Of a stretch of DNA of 64,000 nt, positions 34,601-46,200 are shown piece by piece. The notes below the pieces were generated by a model that was given only the letters and a program-made list of their open reading frames with translations, had not been told where the DNA came from and did not search any database. The stretch is from Eutreptiella sp. 'Long Island Sound 2002' (Eukaryota > Protista > Euglenida), in assembly GCA_964036045.1 (NCBI GenBank), contig OZ038379.1:7998001-8062000 (forward strand). The letters are read 5' to 3'. A program made the position numbers and the translations under genes. Each line of letters opens with the position of its first letter. Within the stretch, counting starts at the first letter, position 1.

Positions 34601-37600
34601 GCCCTAGAACACATTCAAAACGGCCAAACGAAGGGAAACGGTGGGTACACTCCACGTGCTGCTTGACTTCCCTGTGTCAACGAGCTCTTTGCCGCCCTCT
34701 AACTCCATGACATGTCCCGGAAACGGCCCAAAAAGGCCCCCAGAAGCTTCAAATGCCGACAGCCACAAACCAAGAATAGGCCATATCTTTGGCTACATGG
34801 CTCAAAATGCGATTCCGAGGGCACCTACTCCACCCGCAACCCCCCACTTTTTGTGGTTTCCACCCCTTAGAATTGCCCAAACGGACGCCTACACCCTCGT
34901 ACTTAGGCCCACTAGGCTGCGGCAAGCTGCAAGCTCAAGCCCAAACAGGTGGGTGCCCAAATGGGTCATTAGGGTCCAGTAGGGGCAAAAAGATGACTTT
35001 TCTGAAAAATGATCCTAGACCATGTGCGACGCTAAAACAAGTGTTTTTGGACCATTTTGAGCTTGTGGTGGCCCATTTTGGTCCTCCGAAAATCTGAAAA
35101 TGCCTTGAAAAAAGGCTGTTTTGTGACCAGAAATGGGTCAAGAATGGGTCAAAAACGCGTTTTTCCAAAAATCATCCTAGACCATTTGGGGTGCACAAAC
35201 GGGTGAAATGAGCCCATTTTGAGCCCATTTTGGGGCATTTTGGCCCCTCATAAGTCCAACAAAAGCCTTGAAAGTAAGCCTCGTGGTGATGGGGTTCACT
35301 TGCAAGCTGATTTCACTTTGTTAAGAGCCATCAATGTGTGAATCATTCTTGATGTCCCTCACCAGTCATAGCTAATGTTCCCTCCCCCACCAGCTCGGTC
35401 CCAATATTCGGTCTTGATTAGGGCTAGGGTCACCGAGCTGGTGGAACCAGTCTTGGTTTTATAACCCTTTTTAGTGTCTAGGGTGGACCTACTAGGTTTA
35501 GCAGCAGCAGCAGCAAGCAAGCAGCAGCAAGCAAGCAAGCAAGCAGCACGCGCGAAATGGGTAAAAATCAGAATTCTGTCGTGGTGCTTCAAATTCGGCT
35601 GAAATTTCGGTGGATGATACCTATGGGTGTGAAGTACAATCACACAAAGTTTGAGCCAGAAACTCAACGGTGGCGGCCGGGAACGGGATTCCCAAGTCGC
35701 GGACCTCAATTTCAAAAACTGTAGTTTAGGGCCAAAAATAGCCAATTTTGGACTAAAAAAGCCCTGGAACACATTCAAAACGGCCAAACGAAGGGAAACG
35801 GCGGGTACACTCCACGTGCTGCTTGACTTCCCCGTGTCAACGAGCTCTTTGCCGCCCTCTAACTCCATGACATGTCCCGGAAACGGCCCAAAAAGGCCCC
35901 AGAAGCTCCAAATGCCGACAGCCACAAACCAAGAACAGGCCATATCTTTGGCTACATGGCTCAAAATGCGATTCCGAGGGCACCTACTCCACCAACAACC
36001 CCCCATTTTTGTGGTTTCCACCCCTCAGAATTACCCAAACGGACGCCTAGACCCCAATACCTAGGCCCACTAGGCTGCGGCAAGCTGCAAGCTCAAGCCC
36101 AAACAGGTGGGTGCCCAAATGGGTCAACAGGGTCCAGTAGGGGCAAAAGGATGACTTTTCTAAAAAATGGTCCTAGACCATGTGCAACGCTAAAACAAGT
36201 GTTTTTGGACTGTTTTCAGCTTGTGGCGGCCCAGTTTGGCCCAAAATGCCTTGACAGTGGGCTGTGTTGTGACCAAAAATGGGTCAAAAATGGCTCAAAA
36301 ACGCATTTTTCCAAACCTCATCCTAGACCATTTGGGGTGCACCAACGGGTGAAATGAGCCCATTTTGAGCCCATTTTGGGGCATTTTGGCCCCTTAGAAG
36401 TCCAAAAAGCCTTCAAAGTGGGCCTTGTGGTGATGGGGTTCACTTGCAGGCTGATTTCACTTTGTCAAGAGCCATCAATGTGTAAATCATTATTGATGTC
36501 CCTCACTAGTCATAGCTGATGTTCCCTCCCCCACCAGCTCGGTCCCAATATTCAGTCTTGATTAGGGTTAGGGCTAGGGTTGTTGTTGCTGTTAGGGCCT
36601 GCAGCCCTCCTGTAGCCCTCCTTCAGGTCAAAATTTTTTCTTGCTGTTTTAACACAAATATGATTTCTCTACACAATTTTGAGTATTTTGAGTATAAACA
36701 CATAGTATGAAAAATAAATTTGGCGCCTTCGGCGCCAGACAGTTTTCTCTAGAGACACTTGTTGGTGGTCGACCCGGCACCACTATCTTTCAAAACCCGG
36801 GGGGGGGGGGGTGGGGGGGCTGGGGGGGGGTCGCATACAAGGACCGGGCCCGGCCACCCCCCCGTGCCCCCCAAACCCGGAAAAACGATAACCTCCCCGC
36901 CCCCTCCGGACTGTGCAACTAGCGTCTGCGCCACCCCTTCGCAATGTACATCGGCTGTCAGAGACAAGGCCGTGCCGGTGCCACCCCACACAGGGTGAGG
37001 CCCGGGTTATAAGCCTGAGGTGGACAATTATAATGTATTCGGATGACCTCATTCTCTTCATCGGGCGGACGGCAGAACCGGGGTTGTTCACTTCCATCCG
37101 GGGGGTTGTCTCGTAATTTTTGTACTTGTGTGGTGTTAAAATGAATCCGACCAAGACCTCGGCGATGGTTAACAATGAAGAAGGCCGGAACGGGCTGCTT
37201 GCTTTTTGGCAGGGGCAGGGGGGGGGGGGGGGGCAACCTCCCATTCCACGAAGCTGAAACAGGGTATCATTCTGAGCCCTCGGAGCGTAGGCACAGTTCT
37301 TTCACGCCAAGCCCCCAGCGCCCCCGCCCGCCCACAAACCGAAGCCCAAGCCAGCCCTGCTTCACCCCCCCACCCTTTGGAATGCATTTTCTCGCCAGCC
37401 GGAATGACATTGTGGTTGCATATTCGGTGTGTATGAGGTGCTCTGCAACGGGGCAGGCCTTGAACAAGAGGGCAGGCCGTGCACGACACCATCTTCAGGC
37501 TTCTCTGCTGTTCTTTTTAGGGGCCAGACCAAGAGGAGCTGGCGTCGCCTGGTCACTGTAGGGTGCTCGAGATGACTTATTGGGATCAAGGTCCGGAGCC

Positions 37601-38593
37601 GTCCAGTCCTACGATGATCATACAAACGACTGCGGGAGCGGATCTGTGGCGAGGATGAGCTGACAACACCGTCTTCAGGTCCCTTTGCCTCACCATCGGC
37701 AGAGATCCTTCAGGGATGGTGCACGCCCATCACTTCATCATTGCCGACCTCACTCCACCAGACCCGTCCGTTTCGCGCGTGGGCGTGTCCAGGCCTTTGC
37801 TTAGTGATACTGGGGGGGGGGGGTCAAATTGGCCCCCCGGGATTTTGGCTGACCCACCCACCCACCCACATCAGAAAATTTTTCCTCCGGAAAAAAATGA
37901 AATTTATCAAAGGGGCCCGAACTTGGAGGTCGATTTTAGGTACACAAACTTTTTTTTGGCCTCTGACCCCCCCCCCCCCGGTATAGTATCAACCAGCCAC
38001 TAAGCAAAGGTCTGGGCGTGTCGCCAGTCCTGGGGGGTGCACACCTTGATATCGCCGTCGGTGGACTCCCCGGCCCCGGCGGCCATCGCGAACGCAACGC
38101 GCTCCTCCGCAAACATCGCACGCAAGGCCCTCACGCGGACCGCGACGCAGACCCCGAACAGCACCGCGGCGACGCTGCGGATCCCGAAGGGCAGGGCCAG
38201 ACCCGTTGCGGCGGGGCCTGCGGCGGGCGGCCCCTCCGCCCCAGAGGCTGAGGCTGGCAATGGGGGCACCGCCGGGAGGCTGGCCATGCTGCTCTGCGGC
38301 ACCGCCCTGGGGGGCCGCCTCGCAGGCGTTGGGGCCGGGATGGTCAGAGGCCTGGCGGAGGCGGTGGCGGTGGGGGCCCACAGCCCTGCAGCGCCGGACT
38401 GGGCCGAAGGGTGGTACCACAGTAGAGCGCCGGCGAGCGCCATCACCACGAGCCCGATGGAGCACATGCGACCCGTAAGCGGCGCGCGCGACGCGGGCAC
38501 AGTGGACGCTGCGGTCGAGTCCACCGAGTCATAGCCCCGGGGGCGCGCAGCCTCGAGGGACAGCGTGCACTCCTCTACGTCGCCTTGTAACAT
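28684..38593 (-). CDS. Plastid-targeted protein with two glutathione S-transferase N-terminal (thioredoxin-like) domains, 461 aa, 4 exons
   Basis: Exons 38593-38045, 32241-31957, 29655-29194 and 28773-28684; all GT-AG, phase 0. Junctions read GDIK|VPEGFTPPEPKKF, CPFCRK|VREA and GTFQ|VPYLEDPNTG. Domain motifs: WEFQGCPFCRKVRE, FPHMIDPNTG...ESADIVAYL, AYEPSPFS, VPYLEDPNTGVKMFESTAIAKYL. Exon 1 has a hydrophobic segment, an S/T/A/P/R-rich linker, a second hydrophobic segment and AFAMAA. Confidence 0.92.
34201..36580 (+). repeat. Two tandem 1.16-kb units bounded by interstitial (TTAGGG)n, within intron 1 of the GST-like gene
   Basis: Degenerate TTAGGG arrays at 34201-34260, 35418-35429 and 36562-36579. 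The units between them are similar copies, each with ACCGAGCTGGTGG near the start (34263, 35432) and its reverse complement near the end (35387-35399, 36531-36543), plus internal (GCA)n/(GCAA)n. Confidence 0.9.
37000..37200 (+). pseudogene. Non-LTR retrotransposon RT fragment
   Basis: WTIIMYSDDLILF...*FLYLCGVKMNPTKT matches the YxDD and GLxxNxxKT motifs of LINE RT; one stop; truncated by poly-G. Confidence 0.7.
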
Positions 38594-38601
38594 TTCGAAG
38601 A

Positions 38602-38635
38602 CTGCGAGAGCAGTGGGTGAAGTGAGGTGAGCATC
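38602..38635 (-). promoter_or_regulatory. Putative spliced-leader trans-splice acceptor
   Basis: The minus strand has pyrimidine-rich CTCACCTCACTTCACCCACTGCTCTCGCAG, then 8 nt (TCTTCGAA), then the ATG. This fits euglenozoan SL trans-splicing (inference). Confidence 0.55.
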
Positions 38636-39423
38636 TCGGGCGACGTCCGAGGGCCCTTGTGAGGATCGGGTCCCATGCCCGAACTCCTACCGCAAGGTCA
38701 GCCCCGCGGCCCGGTAGTGCACCGGTTCCCCGTTGGAGGCATCAGTTGGGTTCCAACATGGGTCATCCGAACGGGCGTTTTCCGCTCATACCATTCACGC
38801 AGCCGGCCAGCGCCTGCAAGAGCAGTGGGGTGCTGGCCAAGTGGAACGAGGCCGCAACGCCGTCATTGCGGTGGTACCTTTGCTGTTGCAACCTGCAGTC
38901 TCAAAGCAGGGGTGCGGTGCCGGATGCCCAGCAGAGAGCCTCAGGCCTTGTTGTCCCATGGTCCACCACAGAATTTGGTGCCCTATGCCAGGTTGTCCGG
39001 TTCCATCCCTGGTGAGAATTGTTTCGCCCCCCGCCCCCGTTCGTGCAAGCAAAGGGCAAGAATGGTTGCTGTGTCAGCCCACCTGCCCCCCGTCCATTCT
39101 TGTCCAAGCAACACATACACCATTTTTGTCTTCCCGTTGCTCGGACAAGTCTCACAACAATCAGCACCCATTTCCTGAGGGATGCTCAGGCTGTTAGCAA
39201 TATCCCGTGCTGGAAATGAAAGGTAGTTTTCCGGTGACCCCTTTGCTTCCCCAGGAATGCAGTGGTCCCGGAAAAACATTTTTGAAGAGTAGCGTTTTGG
39301 AAACCTTCAGCCTGCAGAGGAAATCCTGTGGTGCATTGCGAAAACTGAAAATCATTTTGTTCACCTACGCTGAGATTCCTGAGAGAAGCAAATATATGGG
39401 GTTGTGGGATGTTGTTTTGTGCA

Positions 39424-39478
39424 GTAGTGCGGCGTGTTGTGTTGTTGTGTTGTGTTGTGTTGTGGTGTGTTGTGTTGT
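39424..39478. repeat. (GTTGT)n degenerate microsatellite
   Basis: Read directly. Confidence 0.85.
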
Positions 39479-42099
39479 ACCACCAGCGCCCCACAGTCAC
39501 CCTATCCTGACCCAAATCCCTGCATAGCAACAAAGCAGTATGGCACCAATCACTTAAGACAGCCGCATTGGTATTGACGAATGCAAAATCCTGATCATGT
39601 CGAAAATCAAAACTAAGACCAATTCTTGGATCACATCAGCATGCATCCACACGACTTCTCATCTCCATTCTGCACATGCTCATTCTGCATGCGTGATGTC
39701 TCCTAGCCCTATGACCCTCCCCTCACAAAACCTTGCTTGGGGATGCTCCCCTCAAAATGGAGGAGGTAAACTCCGTAGGCTACCTTCAAAAAAAAAGGTG
39801 TGCGTTACACTAAAACGTTACTTCCTCTGACGAGCGCGGTGCACACATTGCGCGCAGTGCGATTTCAGCACCCTCTCTGCGGTTTGACCCCCATTCCCCA
39901 ACCATGCCCCTCCAACAAGGGCCGTGGCGAGGGGCCACAGAGTGGCTCGCTGTGACTCCAAATTACCGCCCAGAGCCCCTCCCCCCCCTGCCCCACACGA
40001 CAACCCATCACTAAGAACGGCTTGGCAGCGATAAAATCCACAGTTCCCAGCATGTGCTCGACAGGTTCCACTCCATGCATACCACCTTTTGGGGGCAATC
40101 TCATCAACAAACACTGATCCTTTTGCACAGCTAATGGGCTGCAATGGTGGGACAAGAGTTTGGACCAGCACCAGCATGGGTCCACGGATATGCCACCCGA
40201 AACAGCAAAGTAGAGTAGCGCTGTTATGGTTGGCGTCCACTGCAGTTGGTACCAGGCACAATGTTTGGCACACTTGCCCTGTATGGTTTATTTCCACAGA
40301 ACCACCAAATGGCTTACACTATGTTGGCCTCCCTGTGAGGAAATTCAGTTAGTTGTTCGTTGGACACGGCATTCCATGCGCGCGAAAATATTGCAAAACG
40401 GCGGTAACACATCCCTAGGCACAAGACACCCAGCCCATTTAAAGCACAAAGCGATGGAGGCCTCCAATTAGCGCTTTTTAGAGTACAACCCCTTGTTCCG
40501 GTCCCGCTCAATACGGAAAAGCTGAACATGCTCCCCGGGCTTGGGGCCTTCCTTGTTCTTGGCACAGGCAGAAGTGGCAGCCCAATCTGGCTTAGGGACC
40601 TTTGGGACGGGTACCGCTTGTACAGCACCTCCCGGCCGGGTACAAGCAGAGAATCAGTCATGGTGGGCAATAGAGGTCCTGTAGTTGAGGGACACAATTC
40701 CCGCACATCCTGCTTTACAAATTTACCCACAGTTACTCACTACAACCCCTCATTTCCCCAATCCTTTAGCCTGAAACCTCGATTCTGAAGCCTGGTACAT
40801 AATTAAATACTTAATTAATTATGTCCTCAAAAAATACGGTCCGAACGGAAGTGTTCGTTGGACACGGCATTCGTTGGACACCAGGGGGGGGGATAAGGGC
40901 CAACAATGGTCATTTGCCGCCCCCCCCCCCCCTTCAACAAAGGGACTCTCTTGGCAGGAAAACGCATGGTGGAGGGCACTAGACTCCCTCATCATGCTGA
41001 TTCCGAGTTTTGGCTCACCTCCAGAGACCGTGGGCCTGGTACTCTGTGGCAAGAAAAATCCATTTCTGATGCTCAGAAAATTCTCCAGTGGTCAATTGAC
41101 GTCAGATGACGTCAGGTGAGGTCAGGTGAGGTCAGGTGAGGTCATGAGTATAGGTGCGTTGAGGCCCCGTTGTGTCTGCACAGTTCTGAGTGTCGGTCCC
41201 CCCACCGCTTTGACGGTCTGTTGCTCGGGCCCCCCGAAAAACAATAGAACAAAGGGTCAGGGAATGTGGCAAGGGGGGGCGGCCTGTTCGAATATTGACA
41301 CCCAAGCGTGTGCGAAAATTTTTGGGGTCCGGAGGTGGGGGGGGAGGGTTTGGTAGGTCGGCCGGTCAGCCGCCGGGGTCCCCAGGGGGGGTCGGTGGGT
41401 ACCCCAACATACATACCTCAAGATGATCCCCAGGGGGCGCTGATCATTTTGAACATACACAAGCGGGGCAAAATGTTTTCAAAAAAACTTGCCCATCAGC
41501 CAAAGTCCGACCCGGAGGTCGGGTCCTGGGGGTCAAAATTTTTTCTCTTGTGTTTTTCACCCATTTTTGAATTCTCCACAAAAATCTGAGTATTTTGAGG
41601 AAAGACACATAGGGTAAAAAAAAAACATTCCCCTCAAGAGGCCAAAGGAAAATTTTCCGGCGCCAACAGCTTTCCCCAAACTCTCAAATGGGAGAAAGAC
41701 GGTTTCGAAAACTTTGGCGGGGCTGGAGGGGGGGGCGGGGCAGATGGATGTCAGGATTCGAACCGGCTGCTCCCCTTGGAATGTGAAATCATCCATTGGC
41801 CAATATGTACACCGGAAACGTCGACAAGGGGGAGCGGGGGGGGGGGACCGTATTATAGAGAGAAATCAGTATGGGTCTCTGGATTAGGGAGCGCTGATTG
41901 GGGACCTATCATTTGGGGCTGGTTGACTGGTCCTGGGGACGTGGTCTCCCCGCTTATATGAGGCCCCTCATGCGTTAACCCTCGTCTGGGCTAGAACCTC
42001 TTGAACAGGTGTGGATCAGGTGCATTCTGTTCCCGCACAGCCATGCCGTCCCACCTGCCGCCCTCGGAGGCAGCGCCGCTTCTGGTGCGGCATGGAGGG

Positions 42100-43080
42100 T
42101 GCGTCCTCCCGCAGCTGTCATGGATGGAGTTGCCAAAGATTTCATCGGATTTGGTAATCGGGATTCATGCAGTCGTCACATCACCACTGCTGCTGCGGAC
42201 GGCAATGTCATGTAGCATCAGCTCTGCACTTTGCAACATCTGAGCAACGGCTCTCCCATCTTAGAATGGGTGCACTTATGCCCCAAATCCCCTCGCTGCC
42301 CGTTCCGAGAATCAGACCACAATATTACTTCCGCTGCTCGTGGATGACGGGACGTTGGTTGCCGCCCAGAAGGAGATCGAAGAGCTCAAGGAGCAGCTGG
42401 AGGCCAAACTGGCAGGTGCTCTCTGTGCGCGCATGGACCGCCCAGGGGCACGGGGCACGGACGTGGTGGCCCTCTGGCCTTATAGCCAATGCACACGCCG
42501 CCGTTGGTGATTTGGCATCGTACCATCATGTGGTTCAGGCCCGCAGGCCCAGGAAGCACCATGGCAGCAGACTGCCCCGGCGGCGTCCAGTTCCCTGCTG
42601 CCGCTGGCAGAGGCTTTGCGGGCAGTCATGCCCTTGACGATGAAGTTCGGGGATTGCTCTGCACCACTACTTTGCCAGGCATTCGACGGCATGGTCACTT
42701 GCCAAAGCGCTTCTCACTCCCCACTCCCCGTGGACACACATGACCTCGAGGAACCAAAGCAAGTCACACAACCGGCAAAGCTCTGGACACCAGCTGCACT
42801 ACACGGCCTTTGTGGAACAACTCCTTGAATATGGGGCACCACCAAGGATCGGTCACGTGGTGTGTGATGGGCCGTGGGAGCCTGGTGCATGCTCCCGGTC
42901 GCAATGCCGCACACACTGATTTGCCAAGGCTGAGAACGTAGCGGCGGCATATCGTAATGGATTCGCAGATTGGAAGCAGTGGTATGGAACAGACATGCCG
43001 CCAGTCTGCGGCAGGGACACCGTATCTTGCGAAGAAGTGAACCCGTTTCACTCAGTAATAGCTCCCTTGTCCACATCCAG
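42100..43080 (+). pseudogene. Decayed coding-like segment of unknown family
   Basis: Interrupted frames read LLVDDGTLVAAQKEIEELKEQLEAKLAG and TAFVEQLLEYGAPPRIGHVVCDGPWEPG...AAAYRNGFADWKQWYGTDMPP, with stops and frameshifts. No family recognised. Confidence 0.3.
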
Positions 43081-43222
43081 CACACATCCAGCACACGTCC
43101 AGCACACATGTTCAGCACACGGCTCAGGAGGACCGAGCTCCTCCTGGTCACGTCTGAGGTGCTGGACGCTAGTGGCAAGCACCCCCCTCCCCCAAGCGCC
43201 GTGTCCATCGTGTGTAGAGTGA

Positions 43223-46200
43223 TCAGGAGCCCGCAGACGGTGACGCTTGCGCATGCCGCACGGAGGGGGGCAGCACGGGGTTATGCAACGTGGCGGTGGT
43301 GGAGCCCGGCGGCACGCGGAACTCGAAGGGGAGCAGAGGGAAATTCCACTTGTTGTAGAGCGTGCACTGCGAAGAAAGAGTGTCACAGCGGCAGGTCTGC
43401 ACCGCACGGCGGCATACCGAGGCAGTGCGTGCGACGTGGGCAATGGTGATATGTGTGAAGCAATGCCTCCCACCGGCGCATTGCCTGCCTCAAATGCGGC
43501 CTTTTGAGGAGTATACGCCGCTACATAGAGGAACCTATGCCCAGACTGTAGCTTGAGCCGCAGCCGGCGCGGCGCACCAAATGCAGCCCCCAACCGAATT
43601 GGCATCGACGCAGCTGTTTGACACCAACTTCTGACCCCACTCACCCATGCCCATTGTTTCCCACACTTTTGCAGACTTGGGAGCACCAAATGCGCAGCCT
43701 TGGGATCCCACTGACAGCCTGAATGCAAAGACATCTGGACACCCACTGCACGCCTAGATGCATGCGTCGCTGCATGCCCGCATGCAGGCACAGCATCAGG
43801 CACATCAGGATACCCCGTGCAGGCCCACGCAAAACACCAGGGTTGTCCTTCAGGGGCGAAAAAAAGAGAAAAGTGAGGCGAACGTTCACGGGGATGCTCT
43901 CTGCTTCATGGCCATAGGACCTTCTCTACTTCAAAGGTTGGCAATGGCAGATGGTGGTTGGTGGTGGTTGGCAGTTGGCGGTCGGCGGTTGGTGGCGGTT
44001 GGCGGTTGGTGGTCCCTGGGAGCCGTCCTTAAGGGGCTGTGCTTAACAAAAAAAAAATCTGGGTTGTTAAGGACAGCCCTGCAGAACACTTGGGATGTTG
44101 AATGGCAAGTGATTTCCCAGACCCCACCCCGTATCTTACCCGTGGAGGTCCATCAAGTGCATTCAATTCCATTAGGAGCATGCACCCTGAGTTGCAATTG
44201 CAATTTTGAGTGTGCAATAGTTTCCTTGTGGATTGGTGGATCATGATCGCGCCAGTTACCTGAACCTTGCCTGTGTCACAAAAGAGGTTTCCGCAGGACG
44301 CATGTGGACCTCAACACCCATGCACACCTGGATGCATGGACCTGGGAACCCATTGCACAGCCAGGTGCAGTCAAATTGCACGGGGATGAGAGCATGTCAT
44401 CGCGTGCAGATCATACCTGGGGCTCGTCATCGAAATCAAAGCGCAGAATCGTGGGTGGTTCAGCACTGCGAATGCGGAGCTGCAATTGTGCACCCTTGAC
44501 CAGCGCGTAGTCCTCCACTGGCTGCCAGTGCTGAGGGTCTTGCACTGCCACAGCGTACCTGTGCGACGACCATGCCAATGTTTTGCAGGGTTTGCACTGA
44601 TTGCTGAGTGACCGACACCGGTGCGGCACGGATCACGGACACCAGTGCGGCCGGTTGGGACCGGAATCAGCACTGGATGTCTCGTGCATCAAAGGCTGCA
44701 CATGTATTGGATGCACAGCCCCCTCAGCTCCCCGGCGTCCGTGCCAGAACACCCTCACAGACCTGGGTACTGTGGAATACATGAACGGCGTCACCTTGCA
44801 GCATGAAACGCATTGGGCGGTGCCACGCCACGTCAAATGAGAGATGTTGCTCGCGGGCTGACCCGACAGCTGCAGCGTCAGAACAAACTGAGAGCAGAGA
44901 ACATGAATCGGCGAAGGTCAACCAGTGACCAGCGGTAAGACAGAGGTCTGTCAGGCGCGCTGTACACAAAAAGAGTGGACGCCATGCGTTGCAGAGAAAA
45001 TGTCACGCTGCACTACCACCCATGCAGCCTGTGGCTACACCTACTAACCCAAACCTCAAGGGTGCGCCCCCCAGCCTGTAGATAGGCAGAGCGCCCTTGC
45101 CAGCCACCCACGTGGCCCACGGGATCGCCCAGGATGCACCCGGAAACGGGCCTGGGGAAGGGGTAACCAAACCAGGACCCAAGCCCGAACCCAAAGGCGC
45201 GGTTCTGCGAGCAGATTCGGACGCAATTGTGGCTCGTCTGGTGCTGAGGAACCCTGCGGAGGCTGCCATGAAGGTTGAGTAAGTGTGCCAGTTGGTACTT
45301 CCGGGTGTACGCACTGGTTTGCGTTTTTGGAAAATATCAATCGGTGAGAGTGGGACAATTGTCCCTCTCCTCACAAATGCAGGGTTTGTTTGGCGCAACC
45401 CCAGCCGACCCACACACCCACCCACATCACAAGAATTTCCCTCAGAAAACCATATAATCTATCAAATGGGGGGGGGGGGGGCAAAATTGGTGGTCAATTT
45501 TTGGGAGACAAGCTTTTCTTTGCCTCTGACCCCCCCCCCCCCCTTTGGGGAGTCCGGTCAGCCTGCTGGGGATTTTGTGCACAAATTGTGTGCATTCCCC
45601 GGCTGGCTCAGCCGGCAAGGGGTCGCTGCGCACAAAATCCCCCGTACACTGACCGGGCATGGGGTCCGTGCGCACACAATCCCTGGCACTGACCGGCCGT
45701 CTGGCGCACAATTTCCCCGGATCGCTGACGCGAAAGGGGGGTGTTGCGCGCACAAAATTCCCGGGTTACAAAATCCCCGGCTGGCGAAGGGGGCGTTCCA
45801 TAAAGGTTGGTAGGGTACCGTGTAGTACCCCTGGTGCCCGGTGCCAAATCCTTTGTGTGCCCTGCTGTTGCGGGTGGAAGGCAGCCCACACCCACATCAA
45901 CCGCTGACGCGAGCACAACCCTCTTTCAAAGAGGATCTGCTGGGCCGAGGGCCCTTGTGACAGTGCCCTAGACAAATGCTCCTCATGAAGAAAAAAAAAA
46001 AAGAAACATTTTGGGCGTCGGGTTTCAGAGGCGATAAAACAGAGCAGCCCACGGACGGCAGTAACTGGCATCCAACGAACGGTGCTGTGGTTGGCCAACT
46101 ACCGCAGTGGACGGTACGGCAGCCGTTGGCGATTCACTGGCACCGGTTGGCCAGTAACAGCCGGCCGGGGGTGTATATGTTCCTCGAAAAAAAACAGGAA

